The translations under genes were made by a program, and so were the position numbers. 62,603 bases of DNA from Gammaproteobacteria bacterium (GTDB taxonomy: Bacteria > Pseudomonadota > Gammaproteobacteria > SG8-11), in contig JAUWSG010000002.1 of assembly GCA_030610155.1 (NCBI GenBank), forward strand, positions 1 to 62,603, given 5' to 3'. The notes beneath the pieces are model-generated. The model was not told where the DNA came from, searched no databases, and saw nothing but the letters and a program-made list of their open reading frames with translations. How positions within the stretch are numbered: the stretch's first letter is position 1; every line of letters starts with the position of its first letter. Positions 27,317 to 36,841 of the stretch are shown here, piece by piece.

Positions 27317-28534
27317 CTATTTTGCAGAGTGACCGGATAATTTAACTTTCACGTTGTCCTCTGCAGACAAAGTTTCATAATATTTCCTGAGAATGGTCAG
27401 CACTTCGGGTCGACTGAAGTGGTCTGGCACATCTTCTCCTTCTGAGAGCATCTTACGAAGTTTAGTCCCGGATAACAATAATCGATCTGCCGCATCGTGT
27501 GGACAGGTCTTCATTGAGGACATACCCTCGCATTTATTACACCAAAAGGTCCAGTCTATTTTCAGCGGCTGGGTTTCCAGTGCGTCCGCGGGGATTTCAT
27601 CGAATATATCATGCGCATCAAATGGACCATAATAATCGCCCACACCGGCATGGTCACGGCCGACAATCAAATAAGCACAACCATAATTCTGCCTGAACAA
27701 GGCGTGTAACAGAGCCTCACGTGGACCGGCATAACGCATATCCAGAGGATAACCGGCCTGTACCACGGTGTTATCTACAAAATAATTCTCAATCAGGGTG
27801 CCAATGGCCTCTTCACGCACATCAGCAGGAATATCGCCGGGTTTTAATTTACCCAATAATGAATGCACCAATACCCCATCACAGATCTCGACTGCAATTT
27901 TAGCCAGGTATTCATGCGAGCGATGCATCGGGTTACGCGTCTGGAAAGCCGCAACCTTGACCCAGTCTTTCGCGTCAAACAGTTCGCGCGTCTGTGCCGG
28001 AGTCAAATAAGTGTTTTTGTACTCAGTTGGGAATTCACCTTCTGATAGCACCTTGACCGGCCCTGCCAGGTTGACATCACCCTGATCCATAACCATTTTA
28101 ACGCCCGGGTGTTCTATATCCGTGGTTTTGTATACCTGCATGCATTCATGCGCTTTATCAATAGCGTACTTTTCGGTCAGTGTCATCGTGGCCAATATTT
28201 CATCACGGTCCGGGTCATACAACGCGATATCATCGCCTTCTTTCACGCCATCCGCAGATGCCGAATCAGTTGAGAGGGTAATCGGGATAGGCCAGAACAA
28301 ACCACTGGCCATTTTCATACCATCACAGACACCCTGCCAGTCAGCATGAGTCATAAAACCATCAAGCGGGGTAAAGCCACCAATACCCATCATGATCAGG
28401 TCTCCCGCTTCACGGGAGCTGATGTTAATTTTTTTCAGTGATGCTGCGCGTTTTTTTTCTGCTGCCAGCTCATTACCTTTCAACAACAATGGCTTAAGAT
28501 CAGCGCTGCCATGAGGATTAACCAACTTGGACAT
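27317..28534 (-). CDS. sat: Sulfate adenylyltransferase (ATP sulfurylase, homo-oligomeric Sat type)
   Basis: 405 aa. [11 protein letters not shown] and VGRDHAG motifs, with a PUA-like N-terminal domain. Confidence 0.92.
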   Translation of the reverse strand: MSKLVNPHGSADLKPLLLKGNELAAEKKRAASLKKINISSREAGDLIMMGIGGFTPLDGFMTHADWQGVCDGMKMASGLFWPIPITLSTDSASADGVKEGDDIALYDPDRDEILATMTLTEKYAIDKAHECMQVYKTTDIEHPGVKMVMDQGDVNLAGPVKVLSEGEFPTEYKNTYLTPAQTRELFDAKDWVKVAAFQTRNPMHRSHEYLAKIAVEICDGVLVHSLLGKLKPGDIPADVREEAIGTLIENYFVDNTVVQAGYPLDMRYAGPREALLHALFRQNYGCAYLIVGRDHAGVGDYYGPFDAHDIFDEIPADALETQPLKIDWTFWCNKCEGMSSMKTCPHDAADRLLLSGTKLRKMLSEGEDVPDHFSRPEVLTILRKYYETLSAEDNVKVKLSGHSAK

Positions 28535-28858
28535 ATGGATGGCCCCTTATTTACCAATAAAGTGAATATACCAATAACTTGAGTTTATTCTTAAATGAAA
28601 TTAACCGACTTAGATAGAGTTCATAAGTATAGGCGCAGGTTCTAATCTATCCCTTTTATCATTAAATGCAAAACAGATTCCCTTCACCTGGTATAAATTT
28701 CTTTTATAAAAATTATTTATGCAGGTCCTTTATACACCAGACCCATTGAGATTAACATTGAGTGTCACTAAGCATAGAACAAAAAGCTAAAAGGGTCAGC
28801 CAAATGAACATAATTAATGCATTTCAAGAAGAAAACTCAGATCAATTCATGAATATTT

Positions 28859-29596
28859 TTAAGGTAGTCTACCGGCGGCCACCATACGATTGAAAAGAAT
28901 ATTAGGGGAGACCCAGACAATCAGATCATCAATCACGCCCTGAGGGTTAGTCATTGGGTCTGCATTATCAGTGTAGACATGGTCAACAAACACACTATTG
29001 GTATTCGTATTCTCGATCTCATTATTTGACGCCGCATTTAAACCATTTTTGCCAACGGACAATATGATCGCCGGGATATTAGTGGCCACATTTCTGCCCC
29101 CGGCCTCATTAACAATCGTCATATCGCCTACTGAACATAATTCAAAGGATACCCCTGGCGTCGCGGTACCACAGCCTGTGCCATCTATCCCATCAGCGAA
29201 ACTCCCCGTCACTCGATATCGGTAGCGGTTGCCCCAGCTGTCCAGTTCGACCGTCCCCAGCGTGACCCAGGGAAAGTTACCCTCTACGGAGACACAAACA
29301 CCCGTCCCCGGGTTTCGGTCCTCCTGACCATCATTGGCCGGACCCTGTCCACCGCCGTCGGTTTTGTCCGGGCAGGGCAGGCGGCCATTTACCAGCGCAA
29401 AGCCAATAATCGCCTGCTTTAGTTCTTCCAGTGATTTTTCAGTGTCATTTCGTCGTGTATTTTCAATTTGCGTGGACAAGGGCATCAATAAACCGCCCAG
29501 TAACAAGCCAACGATGACCAGCACAATCGCTATCTCAACTAATGTGAATCCTTTGGCATGTTTTTTCATATCAGTCCGTGCTCTCCTGGAATGCAT
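28859..29596 (-). CDS. Type IV pilin / pseudopilin-like protein with prepilin cleavage-methylation motif
   Basis: ...KKHAKG|FTLVEIAIVLVIVGLLLGGLL is a class III signal with Glu+5. A likelier start is the internal ATG at 29569 (leader MKKHAKG). The mature part is unusually large at about 220 aa. Confidence 0.85.
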   Translation of the reverse strand: MHSRRARTDMKKHAKGFTLVEIAIVLVIVGLLLGGLLMPLSTQIENTRRNDTEKSLEELKQAIIGFALVNGRLPCPDKTDGGGQGPANDGQEDRNPGTGVCVSVEGNFPWVTLGTVELDSWGNRYRYRVTGSFADGIDGTGCGTATPGVSFELCSVGDMTIVNEAGGRNVATNIPAIILSVGKNGLNAASNNEIENTNTNSVFVDHVYTDNADPMTNPQGVIDDLIVWVSPNILFNRMVAAGRLP

Positions 29597-29653
29597 ATAT
29601 TTCTATCCCGCTATGCGCTCTGAATCTCAAAATTTTAAACTCAATATAATCGA

Positions 29654-31171
29654 CTACCTGCTCATCGCGCCCGTTGCCATACCGGTACCACTGTTACCCA
29701 TACCACCACCCATGCCCATCCCGCTACCGCCAACCGAGGTCACAGGTAATACCACATCATTAAACGCATTGCTTGCCGGACCACTGATAAAGGCATTATC
29801 AGCTGTCTGCGCATTGGCACCTTCCAGATAATTATTGATATTTGCTTTTTCTGCATTTGTATCACGTGATTGGCCTGCCAGTTTGCGACCACTGATAAAA
29901 ATCACAGCGGCTTCATTAGCACCGTCCAACGTCAATCTCGCAGCCGGGAGTGTTGCGGTTCCATTCGGCGCAAAATCCGCATCAACACCCACAAAAACCA
30001 TTTCTTTCCATGCAGGCCACCACCACCATTCCCAATTCAAATCCGCTACGACTGTGTCATTAAAACAGCGAATATTTGATTGTGGAAGAGGCGGGCTGGG
30101 CTCATCTATCCAGGAAGTTGTCATGGCCGGATCAGAAACCGCCGTATCACTGAGTCCATCCAGATTATTAATGTTTCCCGCACCGATCTCATTGGATACA
30201 CGACCATAAAGCTGGCCATTAGCATCATTGTAGCCCAGGGGGTTTGTCGCACTGGCCCAGGGGAATTTTCCATTATTTGTCGCCTGTGACTGATAGGCCT
30301 GCAGACAATTGACAACCCGATTGGCCACCCATTCATCCATTCGACGATAAACCATAGAAAAATCAGCCGGTGTAATGGCAAGCAGGGCATCGTTAAAAAC
30401 AATATTACCTTCAGCATCCCTGACTATCGCGGCATTAACAAAAACAGACGGTAAGCTTGCTGGCAAAGGATCACTGCCGGGACTGAGGCCCGCAGCAGCG
30501 ATATCGAAACCTGTCGCATTATTAATGTCCCCCAGGACTTCAAGATAATTCGCCGCATTATTACCTGTGTCACCCGGCGTCATACTGCCACATTCAGTTC
30601 TTGTCCCACGGGTAAAACTACGGTCTTGCGGCGCAAACAATTGACCCGCAGCGAAAACGATCGCAATGGCCTGCTTGTTCGGCGTAGCGCCAATAACCGT
30701 TGCGCCTGCCTGATTCTCAACTAATAACAACCCATCGGAATCACTGGTCAAGGCCAACTTGGGATTGTTTTTATAGGTGCCCGAGACGACATACCACAAA
30801 CATTCCCCGGCACCATCCCGCAGCGGCGGCAAATCCAGCGTCCGCCAGGGTAAACGCCCGATCACACTCTCATTAGCCGAACCACAAGCACCATCAGCGG
30901 TGCCATCACCATCCAGGTCTGGACAAGGTAAATACCCCTGGGGCTGGCCAGCATGTTGATCAGCATAAGTTAATGCATGGCCGATCAAAGCGTCCTTTGC
31001 TCGGGCAAGGGCATCAACCGTTTGCTGGTTTTGTAAAAGCTTGCCGGAATTTTTATTCAAGCTGGTGAGCAACAGGTAGGCCCCGCCTAAAACAATAATG
31101 GTAAGCAGTATCAGTAATGCGGCGCCTGTCTGATTTGACTTTGCTTGAAATGTTGGCGCGCACATATTCAT
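29654..31171 (-). CDS. Large pilin-like / minor-pilin-like protein (505 aa) lacking Glu+5, with a Gly/Met-rich C-terminal tail
   Basis: N-terminal hydrophobic helix QTGAALLILLTIIVLGGAYLL. Shares the ...LIG.AL...LPCPD...G.(L/F)PW.TL... module with the adjacent pilin. Ends in GGSGMGMGGGMGNSGTGMATGAMSR. Confidence 0.7.
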   Translation of the reverse strand: MNMCAPTFQAKSNQTGAALLILLTIIVLGGAYLLLTSLNKNSGKLLQNQQTVDALARAKDALIGHALTYADQHAGQPQGYLPCPDLDGDGTADGACGSANESVIGRLPWRTLDLPPLRDGAGECLWYVVSGTYKNNPKLALTSDSDGLLLVENQAGATVIGATPNKQAIAIVFAAGQLFAPQDRSFTRGTRTECGSMTPGDTGNNAANYLEVLGDINNATGFDIAAAGLSPGSDPLPASLPSVFVNAAIVRDAEGNIVFNDALLAITPADFSMVYRRMDEWVANRVVNCLQAYQSQATNNGKFPWASATNPLGYNDANGQLYGRVSNEIGAGNINNLDGLSDTAVSDPAMTTSWIDEPSPPLPQSNIRCFNDTVVADLNWEWWWWPAWKEMVFVGVDADFAPNGTATLPAARLTLDGANEAAVIFISGRKLAGQSRDTNAEKANINNYLEGANAQTADNAFISGPASNAFNDVVLPVTSVGGSGMGMGGGMGNSGTGMATGAMSR

Positions 31172-31180
31172 CCGTCGAAC

Positions 31181-31705
31181 TTATTTTTTTATTTTATAAC
31201 TATCACTGATTTTACCTGTGACAGGATCAAGAATTTGACCGGGCTTGAGCGCGACCCTTTTATTCAGGCTGGAGAGCGTAATAGTGACTGAATCACTTTT
31301 AATGTTCCGGCTAACTATCTCAACACCCGCTTCAGGAAAATTTGTTTTAAAATTACTCTTACCATTTACCCATACTGTATTTTTACCGTCTCCACGCACC
31401 ACAACACCATTTATCTCAAGACCTTTTTTTGCAACAGCTACACTTTTTGTCGGTTTTTTTCCTGCCCGTTTATGATGAGGATGATGGCGCATTTTATCGA
31501 GCACTGCGCGCTGCTCAGGCGTTGTAAAAAATCGCCCAAATGAATCTGCATGCGCCGTATTTACCAGGACTGCCGCTACACTGCATATAAACATCACAAT
31601 GATTGAGCGGCCTGTTTTCCTTACCAGTTTCATTATGACTGCTCTATATCCATACTTCCTCTGCAATAAATAGTCTATCGTCATAATAATAACGCCTGAC
31701 TTCAA
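31181..31705 (-). CDS. Secreted/periplasmic pilus-assembly protein (MshK/PilP-like position)
   Basis: 174 aa. An internal Met25 gives a good signal peptide (MKLVRKTGRSIIVMFICSVAAVLVNTAHA). The ORF-track TTG start overlaps the upstream stop as TTGA. Assignment is by position only. Confidence 0.55.
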   Translation of the reverse strand: MKSGVIIMTIDYLLQRKYGYRAVIMKLVRKTGRSIIVMFICSVAAVLVNTAHADSFGRFFTTPEQRAVLDKMRHHPHHKRAGKKPTKSVAVAKKGLEINGVVVRGDGKNTVWVNGKSNFKTNFPEAGVEIVSRNIKSDSVTITLSSLNKRVALKPGQILDPVTGKISDSYKIKK

Positions 31706-32316
31706 CCACTACCTTTAGACTGCAGGGTAAACCAGTTTAAGGTGCATTCTGCTACAATATTTGTCGTTCCCGCATCATTTGCAATAATCTTGTGCTGGCG
31801 CTGCATCTTGCATCGTTTAATATCGTAAACACCTTCAGCAAGTCGATTCAGCTCAGTAAAAATATCCAGCAGGTCGTGCTCATGCAAGAGTTTCATATGC
31901 AAAACCATCTCACTTGAATTTATCTGAAACAGACTTGCATTCACTGTATATGCCGGACGATAAGGCTGTGATGCCTTGATATTGTATTCAATCGTGATGA
32001 CTTTCTTTTTCTCTGCAATAGCGCCCAGCGTTTCCACCCAATTCAATCTGTTTTCTTCTCCAATGAAACCTTTCTTTTCCAGCCTCTGATAATCGGACAA
32101 ATACATATCCACCAGATGTAATTGATTAACTGCATCCTGGTGCTTTGCCTTCATCTTTAAAAGCCCGGCCTGGCTGTCATGATTCAGATGGCGTTTATTG
32201 TCGACATAAATATAACTGATCAACGTCAGACCAAGGCTCAACACCATCACAACGGACAACACAATTGTTGCGCGCTTTAAATAGGCCCAGTCTATTTTAT
32301 TAATAAGCATAATCAA
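31702..32316 (-). CDS. Bitopic pilus-assembly protein (MshJ/PilO-like position)
   Basis: 204 aa with an N-terminal TM then a coiled-coil-like periplasmic region. TTGA-type overlap with the upstream gene. Assignment is by topology and position. Confidence 0.55.
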   Translation of the reverse strand: MIMLINKIDWAYLKRATIVLSVVMVLSLGLTLISYIYVDNKRHLNHDSQAGLLKMKAKHQDAVNQLHLVDMYLSDYQRLEKKGFIGEENRLNWVETLGAIAEKKKVITIEYNIKASQPYRPAYTVNASLFQINSSEMVLHMKLLHEHDLLDIFTELNRLAEGVYDIKRCKMQRQHKIIANDAGTTNIVAECTLNWFTLQSKGSG

Positions 32317-33938
32317 CCCTGACCATGCCTGACTTCAAGCACAACCCTGAGAACAAAGACGGCATCCCTGGCATCCGCTTTTATTCCGGTCTGACCTGTC
32401 AAGCTCGAATTGGAGCTGATATCCAGCGGCAACCTTATCGCCTGAACATCAATAATATCTGCATGACCTTTTAATCTGGATGCCAGATTATTTACGGCAT
32501 CAAAAGCTTTACGATAGTTACCAGAAAATTTCTCGAAACTACCATTCACCAAAGCAACCTGGTAAAGCTTTTCAGTATTGTCGGATTGTAATTTTCCTGC
32601 GGCTTTAATCGCGATATTCTGTATTTTATTTTTGTATCTGCCATCAACAGAGGCGTCTGGGTCACTCGTCACAATCCACTCAATACTATCCACTTTTAAA
32701 CTTGCGTCATCAAAGCCCATACTGATCGCCATTAATAATGGCTGAGGCAATGCCTTATGATTTTTTAGTGCTTTTTCAATTTCCACACTTTCTTTCAAAC
32801 CACCAGGCTTCACAGATGTCTCAGGTATTTTTGCAAAAATTTTATCGTATTCCGACTGGACAAGTAATGCAGACTTATGCGCCTCCTGACTATGTGACTC
32901 CAGCAAACCCCCCTCGATAAAATTCATACTACTCCATACCAACGACGCCATAAAAAAAACAACGCTTGCAGCATACATAGCCAAACGTTTCTGGCGGGAT
33001 TTCCTGTATTTTGTGTCGCCCGCGCCTGTATAGCTTAACGCCGGGGTCTTCGCCATTAATAAACGGGAATATATCCGATCACAAAACCTTGCGCTCTCCT
33101 GCTGATTTATACCAAGATCAACAAACAGGTCCTCAATATTAAAAACATGCAGCCTGGCCAGATCTGTATCCCTGTTCTTACCTGGAGAGTTACCTGGAGA
33201 GTTACCTGGAAAGTTACCTGAGATAATTTCGATCGTTTCACTGTCACTAATAACACATACATCCAGCGCTTTATCAAAAGGCAGCAGCTGTAACCTGGCC
33301 AGGTAACGTCGTGCCTTTTCAATTTCACTAAAAACCAACTCTGCGCTTAGTTCCTCGTTTAATTCTGCAATAGGCACCAGACGACTCAACATTAATTGTT
33401 TGCCCTGAAAATAAGATTGCCTTACGCCGCTATTTTTCTGGCGCGTCATAAGCAGAACATTTTCAAAATTTACTTCCAGCTGCTGTAATAAATCACAACC
33501 GAGCACAGACGGCGTATAAATCCCAACAATCGGGACCTTATTTTCCAGCAGACACTCAACCCAGGGATTGACCACATCCGGGTTTGTCAGCGCGGTAAAG
33601 AGGATCCTGTCGTCACGTCTTCCCGCTTCCTCACGCCCCTGAATTAATGAGCCTTTGTAAGGTGTTGCGCGGTAATACTGGTCAAGCCTGCGGTCAATCA
33701 GCGCCTTTCTTTCCCCGCCAAACAGATGAGGAACTGTTTCATTTCTGAACTCCTCCTCAACAACATCCACAATCAGATATGTCAGCATTTCATCCGAGCC
33801 ACTCAATAATGATGAAAAACTTTTCAGTCCATTCTGATCGAGCCGAAATTCCTCAGGCCCATGCAAACAAGCATCTTTGAACAAATAAACATTTGCCTCT
33901 GATGCTGTTATATAGACGACCCTTTTTGCCAACATCAT
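32313..33938 (-). CDS. Pilus-assembly protein, PilM/PilN-fusion-like (MshI-like topology)
   Basis: 541 aa. Cytoplasmic N-terminal half, a single central TM (LAMYAASVVFFMASLVWSSMNFI) and a periplasmic C-terminal half. Contains an in-frame GNSP tandem repeat. 4-nt overlaps on both sides. Confidence 0.6.
   Translation of the reverse strand: MMLAKRVVYITASEANVYLFKDACLHGPEEFRLDQNGLKSFSSLLSGSDEMLTYLIVDVVEEEFRNETVPHLFGGERKALIDRRLDQYYRATPYKGSLIQGREEAGRRDDRILFTALTNPDVVNPWVECLLENKVPIVGIYTPSVLGCDLLQQLEVNFENVLLMTRQKNSGVRQSYFQGKQLMLSRLVPIAELNEELSAELVFSEIEKARRYLARLQLLPFDKALDVCVISDSETIEIISGNFPGNSPGNSPGKNRDTDLARLHVFNIEDLFVDLGINQQESARFCDRIYSRLLMAKTPALSYTGAGDTKYRKSRQKRLAMYAASVVFFMASLVWSSMNFIEGGLLESHSQEAHKSALLVQSEYDKIFAKIPETSVKPGGLKESVEIEKALKNHKALPQPLLMAISMGFDDASLKVDSIEWIVTSDPDASVDGRYKNKIQNIAIKAAGKLQSDNTEKLYQVALVNGSFEKFSGNYRKAFDAVNNLASRLKGHADIIDVQAIRLPLDISSNSSLTGQTGIKADARDAVFVLRVVLEVRHGQG
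33178..33222. repeat. In-frame 12-bp tandem repeat (ttacctggagag x3.7), encodes GNFP-GNSP-GNSP
   Basis: ttacctggagag ttacctggagag ttacctggaaag ttacctgag, read directly in the sequence. Confidence 0.9.
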
Positions 33939-35140
33939 CTTGCCACCTTAACAATCACATCATAAAGCGGCCAAAAGACTGATAACATCACCCAACCAAT
34001 ATTAACCGCTAAAAATATTGTCAACACGGGCCCCAATATTGACTGCATTTTTTCTATTGAACCTTTAACTTCGCGATCATAAAAATAACTCACATTATCA
34101 AGCGCCGTATCAAGCTCACCTGTCGTCTCTCCGACCTTGATCATTCGTCGAACCAACGGCGGGAACAATGAAATACTGTCTATACTGTCGCTAATACTAT
34201 TTCCATCAGCTATTTTTTTCTGCATCTCTCTGAGAGCTGTCGACATGACCATATTACCGGTTATATCTTCATTGATTCTGAGACTATTCAAAACCGTTAC
34301 GCCTGATGAATACAGCAGCGCAAAATAATTAGCAAACCTGGCGAGAATAATTTTCTTAAATATGGGCCCAATCACCCAGACCCTGATTTTAAAATCATCG
34401 AGCTTGTATCTAACGCGCGCATCCCTGCGGGCCATATATTTAATCAACAGAATGGTCACTACTGGCACAATAAATAACAGGTACCAGTGACTCGTCAAAA
34501 AGTCAGATACCGAGATAAGAATCCTGGTATGTAATGGCAACTCCTGCCCCATATTTGTTATAAAAGTAGACAGACGCGGCACAAGATATGCCATAACAAA
34601 AAATATCGATCCAAATACGAATAAACCAACAAATGCTGGATAAAAAATTGCCTGTTTAGTCTGCGCCGCAATCTCATCCTGCCATTTAAGTGACTCAGTA
34701 ATGTTTTTTAATACTTCCGCCAGCTTGCCGCTCTCTTCACCCGCTCGTATCAAGCTAACAAATACCGTGTCAAATATTTTTGGAAATTGCTCCAGGGATT
34801 CAGAAAAGGTTTTACCGCCTTCTATAGAGGCAATAAGCGCAGAAGCAATCACCTTAAGGTCAGCATTACTGACACTGCCTCTCAAGTCTGCCAAACCATC
34901 AAGCAACGGCACACCGGAACGCACAAGCTGCTCAAGGTGAAAGGTAAATGTGATCAACTCCTGTCGTAATAATTTTTTCCTGCCAACAGACAAGGCACTT
35001 TGTTTTATTTCTGTGAAATTAATCAAATCAAGCCCCATTTTATTGAGGCGTAATTCGAGATCAGCGACATTAGAGGCGTCTAAACGTCCCCTTGTCTTTT
35101 TTCCAGCATCATCTATTGCTTTATATTTGAATACGGCCAT
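33935..35140 (-). CDS. mshG: Type IV pilus / T2SS platform protein (GspF/PilC family, MshG-like)
   Basis: 401 aa with duplicated T2SSF domains and three TM regions. Begins AVFKYKAIDDAGKKTRGRLDA..., typical of the family. Confidence 0.9.
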   Translation of the reverse strand: MAVFKYKAIDDAGKKTRGRLDASNVADLELRLNKMGLDLINFTEIKQSALSVGRKKLLRQELITFTFHLEQLVRSGVPLLDGLADLRGSVSNADLKVIASALIASIEGGKTFSESLEQFPKIFDTVFVSLIRAGEESGKLAEVLKNITESLKWQDEIAAQTKQAIFYPAFVGLFVFGSIFFVMAYLVPRLSTFITNMGQELPLHTRILISVSDFLTSHWYLLFIVPVVTILLIKYMARRDARVRYKLDDFKIRVWVIGPIFKKIILARFANYFALLYSSGVTVLNSLRINEDITGNMVMSTALREMQKKIADGNSISDSIDSISLFPPLVRRMIKVGETTGELDTALDNVSYFYDREVKGSIEKMQSILGPVLTIFLAVNIGWVMLSVFWPLYDVIVKVAR

Positions 35141-35143
35141 CGT

Positions 35144-36841
35144 CTAATGCACCCTGTGCGTCAGATCAATAAGGCGAGAAACTTCATCGAGACTGGTTTC
35201 TCCTTCCAATACACGGCGAACACCATCTTCAGATATAGGCGTAAAACCCCGGGACATTGCTGCACTTTCCAGTTCATGGCGTGAGACTTTTTTAGCGATA
35301 AGCTCATCCATGTCCCGATCCAGGCGCAAGACTTCCATAAGCGCAAGCCTTCCCTTATAACCTTGATTGTCACAACTATCACAACCGCAGGCCTTATAGA
35401 TCAACACATCATCTTCAACCGCCATTAGTTGCTTTTCAAAAGTAGATGCAGAGTATGCCTCTTTACAATCCGGACACAATTTACGGACCAGGCGCTGGGC
35501 GACAACCCCGATGATATTCCCTGCCATCACATCCGCCTTAATACCAATATCCAGCAAACGGGGTACCGCACCCAATGCTGAATTAGTATGAAGTGTCGAA
35601 TAAACCTGGTGGCCCGTCATTGCGGCGCGCATTGCCATCACTGCCGTATCTTCATCGCGTATTTCACCGATCAGGATAATATCAGGGTCCTGACGCATTA
35701 TAGATCGAATACCATTAACAAAATCCATTTTGACAGCTTCATTAACTGAAGATTGGCGAATCATTTGCATCGGATATTCGACCGGATCTTCCAATGTCAT
35801 AATATTCACCGATTCATCATTCACATAATTGAGCATTGAATATAACGTTGTTGTCTTACCGCTGCCCGTAGGACCCGTCACGAGAATAATACCTTCCGGT
35901 CTGGCCATCAGTAATTTCAGAAGCGACAGGTTGCCCTCAGTCAAACCCAGCCCCTCTAATGGGACTATGCCTTTCTGGCGATCAAGAATACGTAATACGA
36001 TGTTTTCACCATGACTGGTAGGCTGTGATGCAACACGAAAATCCACAAGTCGTCCAAATAAAGTACGGGAAATTCTGCCATCTTGCGGAGCACGTTTTTC
36101 TGCGATATTCATTCCTGAAATCACTTTTAAACGCACAGAAATGCCTGACCAGTAGTTCTGATGCAAAGCTCTTACCTGCCGTAACACACCGTCAATTCGA
36201 TAACGAATACGCAGAAACCCTTGCTCAGGTTCAAAATGAATATCTGATGCGCCTTTTTTTACCGCGTCTACCAATAATGCATCTACCAGACGCACCAGAG
36301 GTTGGCTATATTCATCTGTTTGCGCCTCCAGGCTCTGATAATCTATTTCCCCTGTGTCTATTTCGTTTATAATGCCATCGACCGTTAATTCATAACCATA
36401 AAATTGATCAATTGCGCCTTCAATGTCCGCTTCAGCAGCCAGCAAGGATTCAATTTCCACGCCGCCGCCTATCATTGCGCTTATCTGGTCCAGCGCAACA
36501 ATATTAAATGTATCCGACATGGCCACGGTCAAAACATTGGCTTGCTTGTCATAGGACATTGGTAACACCCGGTATCGACGGGCGACTTCCCTGGGAATCA
36601 AGCTGATAGCATCCACATCAACAACTGTCTTCGCCAGATCAACACTTTCCTGCCCAAGTGATTCACCCAGGGTATCCCGGATGATGGCTTCAGAAACGAA
36701 ACCCAGCTCGACCAGAATATTTCCGAGCGGAATGTTTTGCTTTTCTTGTTCTATTAACGCAATTCGTAGTTGATCCTGGTTGATTACACCTTTCTCAATC
36801 AACACTTCACCTAACATACGACGTGGCGGGTCAGTAATCAT
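35144..36841 (-). CDS. mshE: Type IV pilus / T2SS assembly ATPase (GspE/PilB family) with N-terminal MshEN domain
   Basis: 565 aa. Walker A GPTGSGKTT, Asp box, tetracysteine CPDC...CDSC. The N-terminus carries two MshEN-type 24-residue motifs. Confidence 0.92.
   Translation of the reverse strand: MITDPPRRMLGEVLIEKGVINQDQLRIALIEQEKQNIPLGNILVELGFVSEAIIRDTLGESLGQESVDLAKTVVDVDAISLIPREVARRYRVLPMSYDKQANVLTVAMSDTFNIVALDQISAMIGGGVEIESLLAAEADIEGAIDQFYGYELTVDGIINEIDTGEIDYQSLEAQTDEYSQPLVRLVDALLVDAVKKGASDIHFEPEQGFLRIRYRIDGVLRQVRALHQNYWSGISVRLKVISGMNIAEKRAPQDGRISRTLFGRLVDFRVASQPTSHGENIVLRILDRQKGIVPLEGLGLTEGNLSLLKLLMARPEGIILVTGPTGSGKTTTLYSMLNYVNDESVNIMTLEDPVEYPMQMIRQSSVNEAVKMDFVNGIRSIMRQDPDIILIGEIRDEDTAVMAMRAAMTGHQVYSTLHTNSALGAVPRLLDIGIKADVMAGNIIGVVAQRLVRKLCPDCKEAYSASTFEKQLMAVEDDVLIYKACGCDSCDNQGYKGRLALMEVLRLDRDMDELIAKKVSRHELESAAMSRGFTPISEDGVRRVLEGETSLDEVSRLIDLTHRVH

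Noticed and set aside
27200-27319. Open frame continuing in phase after the sat TAG stop (possible readthrough extension)
   Set aside because: The 38 extra codons read YLASEFYISCPLTV... with no recognisable domain. There is no context suggesting suppression, so this is most likely coincidence.
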